DNA of 64,000 nucleotides from a virus: IMG/VR virus record IMGVR_UViG_3300028653_000010; one strand, 5' to 3'. Shown piece by piece: positions 37,583 to 46,942 of this stretch (position 1 is its first letter; each line of letters starts with the position of its first letter). The notes under the pieces were generated by a model. It saw only the letters and a program-made list of their open reading frames with translations, ran no database searches and was not told where the DNA came from. The position numbers and the translations under genes were made by a program.

Positions 37583-38068
37583 ACCTGTAACTCGACTTCA
37601 GCAGAGAGCTCTGGTTCTGGGTCGAAGTTCCCTCGGACTGGATACCAATGTAGGGCAGGGATGTGATCCCCTTCATAGAAGAACCCAATAGGTATAGCTT
37701 TAGAAACATAGACCTTCTTACCAATATACTCCCCGATGAGCCCTTGTATCAAGTCCTCTTTTCTCTGGTTCAAACTCTCGACCGCACCCTTTCAAGCTGT
37801 GGTAGTCACGTGCGTTGATGGTGAATGGTCCTTTTCGTTCAGTCCAGCAAGCACGAACCTCTTCAACGCTTGCAATTAGGTGATCGGGGTCTTCAGGACA
37901 CAAGATCGACCACATCTGAATCTCTTCATCGGTCGCCTCGCGGAGCTCTCCTTCCCATCCATTGGTTTTCACAATGTAATGTCCATCCAGGTAGAAGGTA
38001 AGACCGTGCCTAAGCGCTACACGCTCTAGGTTCTTCTCACGTCTTCCAATGGGGTCGACAGGCTTCAC
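37546..38068 (-). pseudogene. Frameshifted paralog of the C-terminal domain of 38093-38707
   Basis: TINARDY..(37718-38068) plus DLIQG...VYVSKAIPIGFFY (37546-37773) together align to TINAVDF...DLLMTG...IYVSRRIPVGYYY. Confidence 0.65.
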
Positions 38069-38092
38069 ACTTAAGACAAAGCTATCAAGGTT

Positions 38093-38707
38093 CTAGGGTT
38101 GAGACAAGAAGGGCTCCAAGCCTCGTTGGACCTGACGAATGGTTTGGGAGTCTAAGTGTGGTTGAATCCCCATACCATCTACGTACCTAGCATGGAGCTC
38201 TGGGTGGTAGCCCCAGTAGTAATAACCAACAGGGATTCTGCGAGATACATAAATCGAAAGTACTTCATCGAGGGTAGCAACCCACCCAGTCATCAACAGA
38301 TCTCTCGTGGTAATTGGTTGAAACCTACCGGCTGGAGCCTCACGAATTGCACAGAAGTCAACAGCATTGATCGTAACGGTCCCACCACGTCCTGTGAAGC
38401 AGGCCAGAATCTCTTCCAAGGTAGCTGGGTCGTCTGGCTCTCGCTCATGGCCCAAGGGCTCGATGGGTTCAAAGCTCTTGAGTACCCTCTCCTGGCGCGT
38501 AGGTAAGTCTTCCTTGGCGGGAGGCTTAGTCACCGAGCACTGTAAGGGCCCCTCAAGGATTGTAAATGAGTCAAGCGGTACTTCGACACCATGCCCAAAG
38601 ACAGACCAGATACCAGCACCCTCTGACCAGGATAGACGCGCAATGAAGGTTGTCTTCTCCTTATTGTTGTACTGAACCCAGTAGTACCCAGCGAGCGGGT
38701 AGCTCAT
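38093..38707 (-). CDS. Two-domain protein; C-terminal domain resembles a capsid-protein fragment
   Basis: GYYWV N-domain, TRQERVLK linker, INAVDF...RDLLMTGWVATL...VSRRIPVG. Confidence 0.6.
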   Translation of the reverse strand: MSYPLAGYYWVQYNNKEKTTFIARLSWSEGAGIWSVFGHGVEVPLDSFTILEGPLQCSVTKPPAKEDLPTRQERVLKSFEPIEPLGHEREPDDPATLEEILACFTGRGGTVTINAVDFCAIREAPAGRFQPITTRDLLMTGWVATLDEVLSIYVSRRIPVGYYYWGYHPELHARYVDGMGIQPHLDSQTIRQVQRGLEPFLSQP

Positions 38708-39207
38708 ATCACAGGTCTCCGGTTGTAACGACTCGGGATGTTATTGCGAAAGCTAGTCTTCAATGAATTGATTAGGGTCTTATCACTTGAAGTGGTTAGT
38801 CTAGCAGCATCGTCCATAAGCATGTCTTCGAGGATCTCAACTTCAGTACTAGGGTCATCAAGTGGGTTTGAAGCATGTACAGCGTTAGACTTCATCTGAG
38901 AGAAGATCTTTGCTGTCACCCTAAATTGTACAAGTCGATTGAGCGCATCTCGAATAGAGATTCTACCAGCTTGAGTACTCACCAACTTGAGCAGCAGCTG
39001 GTCTTCACCGGGATGTTCATAGACCATGAGGCACCCCAACGCCTTGCCCGAGCATTGCCAGGTAACGTACTCATCATTGCAGCCGACGCACGAGAAACCG
39101 AACCACCGACGCTTTGAGTCATCAGCAAGGTTGATCTCGTGATTCTCAGAGTCAACGTGACTGTACACGCTACGAACCATCTTAAGTGGATCAACAAACT
39201 CAGTCAT
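38704..39207 (-). CDS. Hypothetical protein with SRYNRRPVI C-terminus
   Basis: 167-aa ORF. Confidence 0.6.
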   Translation of the reverse strand: MTEFVDPLKMVRSVYSHVDSENHEINLADDSKRRWFGFSCVGCNDEYVTWQCSGKALGCLMVYEHPGEDQLLLKLVSTQAGRISIRDALNRLVQFRVTAKIFSQMKSNAVHASNPLDDPSTEVEILEDMLMDDAARLTTSSDKTLINSLKTSFRNNIPSRYNRRPVI

Positions 39208-39584
39208 CGAATTGATATCAACTGGTTGATTAGGCTTAGATCATCCACGATGCTGAGATTCAGCTTCATACTACCACCCAGCATGACGACCCGCGGGGCA
39301 CACTCAATGTACCTAAACTCATGAGTATTGTCTCGAATGTACATTCGAAACCCAACAATCGTAACATCTCGATCAAGTTCAGGAAAACTTAGTTCACAAA
39401 GTAAGTTGTTGTTCTTGTCCACCCTGAGTGGTACTCGTATCCGATCTGTGCAAGTTATATTACCAGACTCGACCGCCTGAATCCAAATGACGGACTTCCG
39501 TCGTGGCTCAGGTACTGGCTTTGGGGCTGGCTTTCTCCGATGGGGCCTCACCACTGCCCAAAATCGCTCAAGGTCCAAGTCCAT
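39204..39584 (-). CDS. Hypothetical protein
   Basis: GGTGTA 10 nt upstream of ATG. Confidence 0.6.
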   Translation of the reverse strand: MDLDLERFWAVVRPHRRKPAPKPVPEPRRKSVIWIQAVESGNITCTDRIRVPLRVDKNNNLLCELSFPELDRDVTIVGFRMYIRDNTHEFRYIECAPRVVMLGGSMKLNLSIVDDLSLINQLISIR

Positions 39585-39608
39585 TAGTTTTGACTACACC
39601 AAAACTTG

Positions 39609-39637
39609 TTGAGATTCATTACGCCAGCGCGTAATAG
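39609..39637 (+). promoter_or_regulatory. Repeated phage promoter class A, TTGAGA-N17-TAATA(G/C) (representative copy)
   Basis: About 12 copies in the window, mostly 5-6 nt before a start codon. Confidence 0.8.
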
Positions 39638-39642
39638 CGAGT

Positions 39643-39921
39643 ATGGATCGCACCCAAGCCATTGAAAGACTAGCTGGCATTTGGGCTCGGACCCACCCAA
39701 GCCTGGCGACCAGGATATCCAGGGCCGTTGGCCTAGTAGGCACAGTCAAACCGATAGGTGACCTGACGTGGGAAGTCACTGGAGGTACGGATACTTACTA
39801 TGTCTATGCTGATCCGGCGACAAGAACCTCAACGTGTACCTGCCCAGATAGCAAAAGTGGTCACAAATGCAAGCACCGACTCGCTGTTGGCTTGGTTTGG
39901 GTAGTGGGTCAAAGAAAATAA
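39643..39921 (+). CDS. SWIM zinc-finger protein
   Basis: CTCPD...CKHRLAV. Confidence 0.85.
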   Translation: MDRTQAIERLAGIWARTHPSLATRISRAVGLVGTVKPIGDLTWEVTGGTDTYYVYADPATRTSTCTCPDSKSGHKCKHRLAVGLVWVVGQRK

Positions 39922-40000
39922 AGAGAGCCACTATCATCAGGACAGAATTTGTGCTCTATTGTGTTTCGAGTAGATGGAAGTTGAGGGTAAAGGATAATCG

Positions 40001-40345
40001 ATGGACTTTAAGAGTAGGAGAAAACTGATTAGGACAATACTTCCAGACGATTGTGGCGAGATATCCTCGGATGGCCGAACTGTTTGGGTGAACTTAGGGG
40101 TCTGTGTTGCACGATTTTGCCCAGTCTCCAGAGAGTATGTAGCGGTAGCCAATGACGATAGTACAGTCAAGCACCCAGAGGCATGCACGCGCCACCCTGA
40201 AAGTGGTCCAACCCTAAACGATTGGGTTGCCTTCGTGAACGAGGTCAGTGACCGGTGGGGTATTCTGATCGGCCAAGAACACACCCCTCTCTACATCCAG
40301 CGAGCCGAAAATGTCAGTACTCCCCAAGCAAGCCCCACCCCGTAA
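40001..40345 (+). CDS. Hypothetical protein
   Basis: 114-aa ORF. Confidence 0.55.
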   Translation: MDFKSRRKLIRTILPDDCGEISSDGRTVWVNLGVCVARFCPVSREYVAVANDDSTVKHPEACTRHPESGPTLNDWVAFVNEVSDRWGILIGQEHTPLYIQRAENVSTPQASPTP

Positions 40346-40520
40346 GAGACTCACCCTATCCACTTCAGTTGTAACCCAAGGACAATTTTGCGCCCCAGAG
40401 TGCCCAAATAAGTCATCAGGTCGAGTATGTACTGCTCAATTAGAACCTGAGACGTTGCACCTGAACGGTAGCTTCGAGATGTACGCCAGAACCGAATACT
40501 GTAGAACGAACGCCCGATAA
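40311..40520 (+). CDS. Small Cys-rich protein, RTEYC family
   Basis: Paralog of 45369-45587 and 45602-45994. Confidence 0.55.
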   Translation: MSVLPKQAPPRKRLTLSTSVVTQGQFCAPECPNKSSGRVCTAQLEPETLHLNGSFEMYARTEYCRTNAR

Positions 40521-40531
40521 GGATATGAGGA

Positions 40532-41038
40532 ATGGATAAAGCGATTGCAGTAACCCAGCAAGGCAACAAGATCTTGATGCTGATCGGTGAGTACCAAGCT
40601 TCCCTCTGGGAGCCGACTGAAAAGCGACACGGGTGGTTTGTTGAGTACTTCAAGGGATCTAGGGAAGTACTCAACTCTGACTCAAGTAAGCACCCGGTCA
40701 TGCCAGATACGTACGCTGATAGAGGTCGGGCCCAACTCATTGTGGAGAGGGTAATCGGTAGCCTTCACGCTAACCTGCCAATCCCACAACTGACCTTCCC
40801 ACCCACCAAAACCAAAAAGTCGCCCAAGAAGACATCAAAGCGCAAGGTGACCAAGAATGTGACTCCTCAACAGATACTTGAGGACTTGCTAAATGACATG
40901 GAAGATACCTGGACCATCATGATCCCCGTTGGTAAACCCGTGGCCCTACGAAACAGCAAGGTCCAAATCTGTGATCAGCATGGCGAAGTAGCCTGCGAGA
41001 TCCCATACCGAGTTTACCAGTACCTCACTACGAAGTAA
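40532..41038 (+). CDS. Hypothetical protein
   Basis: GAGG SD; 168 aa. Confidence 0.65.
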   Translation: MDKAIAVTQQGNKILMLIGEYQASLWEPTEKRHGWFVEYFKGSREVLNSDSSKHPVMPDTYADRGRAQLIVERVIGSLHANLPIPQLTFPPTKTKKSPKKTSKRKVTKNVTPQQILEDLLNDMEDTWTIMIPVGKPVALRNSKVQICDQHGEVACEIPYRVYQYLTTK

Positions 41039-41040
41039 CC

Positions 41041-41421
41041 ATGGCTGTTTCATTCACTAGTCTCAAAGCCGGGGATACCATTTACGACTGTCACCGGCGC
41101 AAAGTGGGTCATACCACTAAGACCGAGCTTGGGATCTGGAAGATCCGAGTAATCGAGGTTGACCTAAAAGAGCGCAAGGCTCTTGTATCTTGGAACGATA
41201 ACCCCGCTCAGTGGAAGAGCGAGAGGTACTTCGAATCAACTACCATCAAGCGTAACCCGCCTGAGTGGGTTCACCAAATAAGTTCGATGGGTATGGTCTG
41301 TCACCTGTGCTGGGCCAAAAAGATTGAAGGGCATCGCCCGGATTGTACCCACCCAAAGGCCAAAAAAGTTAACTCAAAGAAAGGAATGATTGGAGTAAAT
41401 CCAATCATAATTGAGATATGA
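41041..41421 (+). CDS. Hypothetical phage protein
   Basis: LKAGDTIYD..R..KVG.T...W...V..V...VSWN-x-NP. Confidence 0.6.
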   Translation: MAVSFTSLKAGDTIYDCHRRKVGHTTKTELGIWKIRVIEVDLKERKALVSWNDNPAQWKSERYFESTTIKRNPPEWVHQISSMGMVCHLCWAKKIEGHRPDCTHPKAKKVNSKKGMIGVNPIIIEI

Positions 41422-43409
41422 TCAGATCGATCACTGTGATACTAGCACTCTTAGTGCTAGTCCTAGCGCGCCCGGCGCTTGCAGACGAGTGCAATAGCCC
41501 CGTCTTTGATACAACAGGGAAAGTCAAAGCCTCCGAGATCGAACCTCTTCTCAGGAAGATCGCCGGTGATGGTGCGGACCCAGCCCTCGTTCGAGTCATC
41601 ACGACAGACGAGATGAACAGATATGGGAACCTTGACAAATACGCCGGTGCTCTGTTGAGTAAGTGTCCCTCATGGCAGTCAGCTGGCGGGCGCCTCAAGA
41701 GCAACATCTTCCTGCTGATCCTCGAACCCAACGGTAAGGTTGCGGTCCAGTTCGCCAAGAAGGGCCCTTTCCAGAATGTACTCACTCACAACAAGATTGT
41801 GGATATTGGTGAGGAGATGGGCGGACTTATTGGTAAAGGGGACCTGACTGGCGCCGCCAAAGCTGGGCTCATCAGAACCCACACCCTTCTGTCGACAACG
41901 AAGGCGAACGCCATTGTCTCCAGTGGTCCTGTCACCATCGTCAATCACAACGAGAAGCCAGCAGACCTCAGTGGAGGATTCTCCTTCCTGAAATGGCTGC
42001 TCCTTGCCGGTGTTATCGGGGCTGGGATCTGGTTGTTCATACGATATCGAATGGCGAAGTCGGAGCGTGACGCGGCTCAGCAACAAGCTCAGGGTACTCG
42101 GGGCGCCTGTAACAACCTAATCACTGGGTTTGAAAGCCACCTGACCACCATTGGGGTTCTCTTGGCCCCTCTCAAGACGACTATCAATCCTGCCGAGTTC
42201 TCGGCCCTACAAGATCAACTTGAAGCGTTGAAGTCCAATATGGACTCGGCCAAGAGTCAGTACGTCAATATGACTGGCTCCGCCAATGACCCAGAAAGCG
42301 TGGGCCTAAGTGCTGATGCCTACAATGCAATGACTGCAACCTTTGAAAGGGTGCAAGCCAACTTGGAGAGAGTGGATGCCGAGGCTATCAAACTCTCCAA
42401 CTCCATCCGAGGCATAAGTCGTCTACGTGACTCAGCCCAACCAACCATCGACGCCCTAGCTAAGGAAATCGAGATTGCAACCAATAATATCAATGCAGAG
42501 AGATCCATGAAAGTAGATGGTCCCCGGGCCATCCTACAGCAGGCGATCTCTTCCTTCGAGCAAGCCCAGAAGAACCTGGAAGAGAAGAGATATCAAGCAG
42601 TAACCGACGTTTGCAAAGATGGAACGATACTAGCCAGGAGAGCCGCCCAGCAGGTATATGACCTAAACTCTCGGAAGCAACGGATCGAAGGGGATATCAG
42701 CAGGCTCGACCAGTACGTGATAGCGGATAAGCTTGTCACCCTCGACTCACTCATCAGCCAAATTAGGACAACCTTCGGGGATGGCGCTGAACTCCCAGCA
42801 CTTGAACAACGTACGGTGGTCATCCAAAGGACCCAAGCACGACAGTCAGCAATTGCTCTGGCCAAGAGTGGAGTTCTTACTCAGAACTGGGACTCAGCTG
42901 AACAACAAGTCACACTAGCTAGAGCTGCTGAGTCTGAGATCAACAACGCAATCAATGCTGTTCAAGTACTGATGCGTCGGCTAGCGGATGCTCGACGTCC
43001 TTCGTCTAACTCGTATCGCCCCTCATCGGGTTACTCAGGTGGCAGCGGCTCGAGTCGCTCCAGCAGTCACGTGTCCCACACTACAGTGGTCAACAACTAC
43101 GGCCGAGACGACTCTGGACTTGGCCTTGGATTGGGGCTTGGCCTTGCCCTCAACGACATCGAAGTCAATGCCGAGAATCGTGAACTTCGACGAGAACTAG
43201 ACGAGGATCGTCGGTATGGTGGTGGTCGTGAGAGCCGCCGCTCAGATGACGATGATGACAATCGTCGAGGTGGTTGGGGTGGTGAGTCAGTCCAAACCAG
43301 CAGCAATGACGATGACGGAGGTGGATTTGGTGGTGAGTCAGTCGACACGAGCTCATCCTCAAGTGACAGCGACTTCTCAAGCAATGATTCAAGCTCAAGC
43401 GACGACTAG
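41418..43409 (+). CDS. TPM-domain membrane protein with long coiled coil and Gly/Ser/Asp-rich tail
   Basis: Signal peptide, VFDTTG TPM-like start, TM helix, coiled coil, low-complexity tail. Confidence 0.75.
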   Translation: MIRSITVILALLVLVLARPALADECNSPVFDTTGKVKASEIEPLLRKIAGDGADPALVRVITTDEMNRYGNLDKYAGALLSKCPSWQSAGGRLKSNIFLLILEPNGKVAVQFAKKGPFQNVLTHNKIVDIGEEMGGLIGKGDLTGAAKAGLIRTHTLLSTTKANAIVSSGPVTIVNHNEKPADLSGGFSFLKWLLLAGVIGAGIWLFIRYRMAKSERDAAQQQAQGTRGACNNLITGFESHLTTIGVLLAPLKTTINPAEFSALQDQLEALKSNMDSAKSQYVNMTGSANDPESVGLSADAYNAMTATFERVQANLERVDAEAIKLSNSIRGISRLRDSAQPTIDALAKEIEIATNNINAERSMKVDGPRAILQQAISSFEQAQKNLEEKRYQAVTDVCKDGTILARRAAQQVYDLNSRKQRIEGDISRLDQYVIADKLVTLDSLISQIRTTFGDGAELPALEQRTVVIQRTQARQSAIALAKSGVLTQNWDSAEQQVTLARAAESEINNAINAVQVLMRRLADARRPSSNSYRPSSGYSGGSGSSRSSSHVSHTTVVNNYGRDDSGLGLGLGLGLALNDIEVNAENRELRRELDEDRRYGGGRESRRSDDDDDNRRGGWGGESVQTSSNDDDGGGFGGESVDTSSSSSDSDFSSNDSSSSDD

Positions 43410-43441
43410 AACTTCAACAACAGAACAAGAGGCAAAACAGT

Positions 43442-44134
43442 ATGGCACTAAGCATTTTCTCGAAAGCAACCTTGATCGTCAAGGCGAGCGCTCACTCGGT
43501 ACTTGATAAGGTCATTGACGCTAACTCAGTCCCTGCGCATGAACAGCTCATTCGTGAGTTGGAAGCAGCAATGCAGACTGAATCCACTGAGTGCATCAGA
43601 GCTGATGTGGCCGCCAAGGCCATGCACCTGCAAGTAGCGGCCATCCAGCAACACATTGACGAGTTCATGGCTGCTATTCAGGCCAATATGGACGATGGGG
43701 ACCCCACCAATGATGATGACCAGATCCCAATGGCGGCTCACGTCAACGAGCTGAAAGAAGAGCAAGAGGACGTCAAATCCCAAGAAGCAGCCCTACTCGA
43801 GAACCATCGGCTCCTTTCCGTGACCATGGACAAGTTGAAAGAGCGCCACACCATAATGGTCAGGGAGTTGCAGCAACTTCGACGAGCTGTCAGTCAAGCT
43901 ACGGCCGATACTCAAGCCCTCAACGCTGTCCGGAAGGTCCAGGACCTGACAACTGGGGTTGACTCAACTCACCTCGGGGGAGCGCTTCAAGCGGCCCAAC
44001 AGAAGTCAGCAGTCGCCCGTGAGGAGCTGAACCAGGCAGTCAGCGGGATGCAATCAAGCCCGGAAGCCTTGCTTCAGAAGAGCAAGGCTCAGGCTCTTCT
44101 CGCATCCATGCGTGCCAAAGCTGCAGCTACCTGA
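43442..44134 (+). CDS. PspA/IM30 family protein
   Basis: MALSIFSKATLIVKASAHSVLDK...EQLIRELE amphipathic N-terminus, all helical. Confidence 0.7.
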   Translation: MALSIFSKATLIVKASAHSVLDKVIDANSVPAHEQLIRELEAAMQTESTECIRADVAAKAMHLQVAAIQQHIDEFMAAIQANMDDGDPTNDDDQIPMAAHVNELKEEQEDVKSQEAALLENHRLLSVTMDKLKERHTIMVRELQQLRRAVSQATADTQALNAVRKVQDLTTGVDSTHLGGALQAAQQKSAVAREELNQAVSGMQSSPEALLQKSKAQALLASMRAKAAAT

Positions 44135-44153
44135 TGACGGTGTAACTCGCCCC

Positions 44154-44783
44154 ATGAGAATACAGCCAAAAGCTAGGCTCATGGCTTGGCGGTTAGAGCC
44201 GCTAGAGGTATGGAACAAGAGCAACCCGCGTGGGTTCGAGCTATTCTACCAGAAGGTTAGAGTTGCGCGGGTTGTTCCGTTCCGAGTAGGTTTCGTTCAG
44301 TTCAACGGATGGTACTGGATCGCCGAGCAAGAAGGGAACATCCCAAAGAAGGACACCAGCAATCATCCTGTAGAGGACCCGAAGAAGGCCAAGGACGACT
44401 GTGAAGATTACGTTCGGAAGTGCCTAGGCAAGCCCAAGCATGGCCCACGGCGTTGGCTATCATGGGTCAAGGATACCCTTGACCTGAGCCGGTCAACGAC
44501 CTTGAGCCCTCCGTGCGGGGGCAAGTTCCTTCTCAATGACAAGGTGGTAGTCGGAGAGATCAAACCGTTTCGGGTAGGGTTTGGTAAGTACCAAGGGTGG
44601 TACTGGCTCGCCTTCCCAACCAAGCTCCCCGAAGAGTTCTCCCACCTGATAGTGTCAGCATTCAGCTCCAAGAACTACCCAGTAGTTGAACTCAACGAAG
44701 CTAGGAGCGAGTGTGATGCCTACTTGCGCAAGCAACTCCTAGTAAGCCCAACAAGGCACACAAGAAGAAAGAATAAGCAATGA
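44154..44783 (+). CDS. Hypothetical protein with two internal repeats
   Basis: PFRVGF..F/Y-x-GWYW(I/L)A...A...C..Y(V/L)RK twice. Confidence 0.65.
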   Translation: MRIQPKARLMAWRLEPLEVWNKSNPRGFELFYQKVRVARVVPFRVGFVQFNGWYWIAEQEGNIPKKDTSNHPVEDPKKAKDDCEDYVRKCLGKPKHGPRRWLSWVKDTLDLSRSTTLSPPCGGKFLLNDKVVVGEIKPFRVGFGKYQGWYWLAFPTKLPEEFSHLIVSAFSSKNYPVVELNEARSECDAYLRKQLLVSPTRHTRRKNKQ

Positions 44784-45028
44784 AAGCTTGGTATGCATTT
44801 GCATTTATCCTAGGGTCTGCCCTAATAGCAGCTGGGATCTTCCTTCGCCACAATCAGAAAGCGATCCCAAACTTTCTGATGCCAGCGAGTTGTACGGAGA
44901 GGCTTCTTACCAAGGTTGACATAGCCCAAAGTTGCCCCTCGCCTTCACACATCATGAAGGTAGGAGAGCAATGGATCTGCTCCTGCAGATCTGAAGAGCA
45001 GACTATGAAAGGAATCAAAAGCCAATGA
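44780..45028 (+). CDS. Small membrane-anchored Cys protein
   Basis: N-terminal TM helix; ATGA coupling. Confidence 0.55.
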   Translation: MKAWYAFAFILGSALIAAGIFLRHNQKAIPNFLMPASCTERLLTKVDIAQSCPSPSHIMKVGEQWICSCRSEEQTMKGIKSQ

Positions 45029-45390
45029 TCATCAACGGAATTAGTGTACTTCTTGGAGAACCAGTAGAGGGCGTACCCTCTGCTGACGGAACCACAACTA
45101 GTTGGCAAATCGAGGCTGGACCATACAAGGCTACGATCACCGAATGGGCCTTTGATTCGAAGAAGTACTATAAGTACGAATTGCGTGTTAGTGGGGTAGC
45201 TATTCTGTACTCGACCAGTAAGAGTGTGGCTACCATCGAAGAAGCCATTCAGATAGTTGAGGATACCCTGCGAGACTATCTGATCAAGAAGGCTGTTATC
45301 GAGAAACGCTTTGGACCCGAAGTGATACCCAACACCATTCTTGAGTACCACGTTCGGAATGCCAAGGGTCACTCTTCTACTGGTAAGTGA
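45025..45390 (+). CDS. Hypothetical protein
   Basis: ATGA coupling. Confidence 0.55.
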   Translation: MIINGISVLLGEPVEGVPSADGTTTSWQIEAGPYKATITEWAFDSKKYYKYELRVSGVAILYSTSKSVATIEEAIQIVEDTLRDYLIKKAVIEKRFGPEVIPNTILEYHVRNAKGHSSTGK

Positions 45391-45587
45391 GTGATCCTTC
45401 CGTCGCTCGAGGCGTTGTTGACACAGTAGTCAGTCCTGAGATACAGATCACCGTCTCGACCAATCTTCTCGGCTTTGCCTGGTTCTTCCCCTTGAACGGT
45501 GCAGGTCCCACTGTAGGTTCTATTGAACACACAGTTGAGCGAGCAGCACCTAGCATCGAACGGGATGATAACTTTTAGAGCTTGCAT
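45369..45587 (-). CDS. Small Cys-rich protein, RTDYC family
   Basis: CSLNC...YLRTDYC. Confidence 0.6.
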   Translation of the reverse strand: MQALKVIIPFDARCCSLNCVFNRTYSGTCTVQGEEPGKAEKIGRDGDLYLRTDYCVNNASSDGRITHLPVEE

Positions 45588-45601
45588 GACTTAACCTTTT
45601 C

Positions 45602-45994
45602 CTAACCTGTACGTTTCTCAGAAGGGCGGGCCTCCCGAAGATAATGTTCATCTTGGTCATTAGTACGAACAAATTGAGTCCCACACTTGAGGCATACTGT
45701 GTGAAATGAATCTTTCTCCCCCTCACAACGTCCCTCGCACTTGGGACAGGTCTCGATGACCTGCCACTTGTCGGAGGCTAGCCGGCTACAGTACTCAGTT
45801 CGAAGGTAGTTGGAGTCATCTCTCTTTAGTTCTTCAGGGTGGTGTTCATGCGCCATACAACGACCTAGATTCATGATCCGGCAGTTGAGTGAGCAATGTT
45901 TAGCATCAATAGTACTAATCGATACTGGTAGTCGCATGAACTTTGAGTCCTTCAGTGGCCATCTCGTACCAACGGGCTGAAAGCATCCTAGCAT
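45602..45994 (-). CDS. Cys-rich protein, RTEYC family plus Zn ribbon
   Basis: CSLNC...YLRTEYC...CPKC..CLKC; likely start ATG near 45937. Confidence 0.6.
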   Translation of the reverse strand: MLGCFQPVGTRWPLKDSKFMRLPVSISTIDAKHCSLNCRIMNLGRCMAHEHHPEELKRDDSNYLRTEYCSRLASDKWQVIETCPKCEGRCEGEKDSFHTVCLKCGTQFVRTNDQDEHYLREARPSEKRTG

Positions 45995-46691
45995 AGAGCG
46001 CCGGGTTCAGTCCATAGTGCCCCATTGCGTATCCGTCATTCATTTCAACGAGAAGAGTGCGCCCGCTCTCGTCGACACCCCAATCCAGGCAGTAGGCCCA
46101 CGGGGCTTGTTTCGTCTGAGCCATGAGGGCTACAGAGTCCTCGACGACCCTACGATTTGGAGCTAAGGACCAATCTCCCTTGTAGATTCGGACATCTAGG
46201 ATCACATTCTTCAAGATGTAGCTACGAAACTCAGCTCTGAAGTACACGAAGTCTGAGATCCAAACCTCGACATCGTCTGGCTGAGTCACGATCCTCCGGC
46301 GATCCTCCAGACGGTTGTACCAGACAAATCCAGTGAACTCCTTGTGCTTGACCGGCTTGATGAACACTGGGGTGTTGGAAGCTCGAACATCCCCAAGTAT
46401 CCCGCGCCGGACAGTGCGCCCCAAGACATGATGAAGCGGCCCAGGGTAGTCGACGTTCACCGGTATGGGTCGGTTCAGTCGAGTAAGAGCCCGATGGACA
46501 TCCCCGATGTAACCAGCAACCCCTACATGAGAACCCAGGTCGGGTATCTCGTCAATGTCGTCAATCCACTCAAAGGATTCGAGCTGTACCCCGCACTCAG
46601 TAAACCCTCGCTGGGCATAGTCCCCCAGGACCGTCTCCGGGTATCCTTCCCGGTGACGGACATAGAACTTGGTGGCTTCGATGAGTTCCAC
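45915..46691 (-). CDS. ATP-grasp domain protein (R2K/DUF4343-like)
   Basis: DYP, PVFIKP..HKEFTG, EFR, LDWGV...LVEMNDGYAMG. Confidence 0.85.
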   Translation of the reverse strand: MELIEATKFYVRHREGYPETVLGDYAQRGFTECGVQLESFEWIDDIDEIPDLGSHVGVAGYIGDVHRALTRLNRPIPVNVDYPGPLHHVLGRTVRRGILGDVRASNTPVFIKPVKHKEFTGFVWYNRLEDRRRIVTQPDDVEVWISDFVYFRAEFRSYILKNVILDVRIYKGDWSLAPNRRVVEDSVALMAQTKQAPWAYCLDWGVDESGRTLLVEMNDGYAMGHYGLNPALYARMLSARWYEMATEGLKVHATTSID

Positions 46692-46942
46692 TACCGTAGT
46701 CTTTCCATTCTAGCCGACCGTTCCGCGCGGTCGGCTCTACAGAAGTCAGTCCAGTGACGACGCGGGATCTTCCGCTTCGGGTTGCACCTGCAACCACTTT
46801 TGATGTACCCGCACCCGTCACAAGGGGCGGCCCCAAATAGCTGCAGTAAGAGACGAACAGCCCCCTCAGAAGGATTGACAACAATGGCGCGGGCAAGATA
46901 CCAAGCCCTCGTCCGGATACTCATGGTTGATATGTCAAGCAT
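46691..46942 (-). CDS. Small Cys-containing hypothetical protein
   Basis: TAATG coupling; CDGC..CRC. Confidence 0.5.
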   Translation of the reverse strand: MLDISTMSIRTRAWYLARAIVVNPSEGAVRLLLQLFGAAPCDGCGYIKSGCRCNPKRKIPRRHWTDFCRADRAERSARMERLR

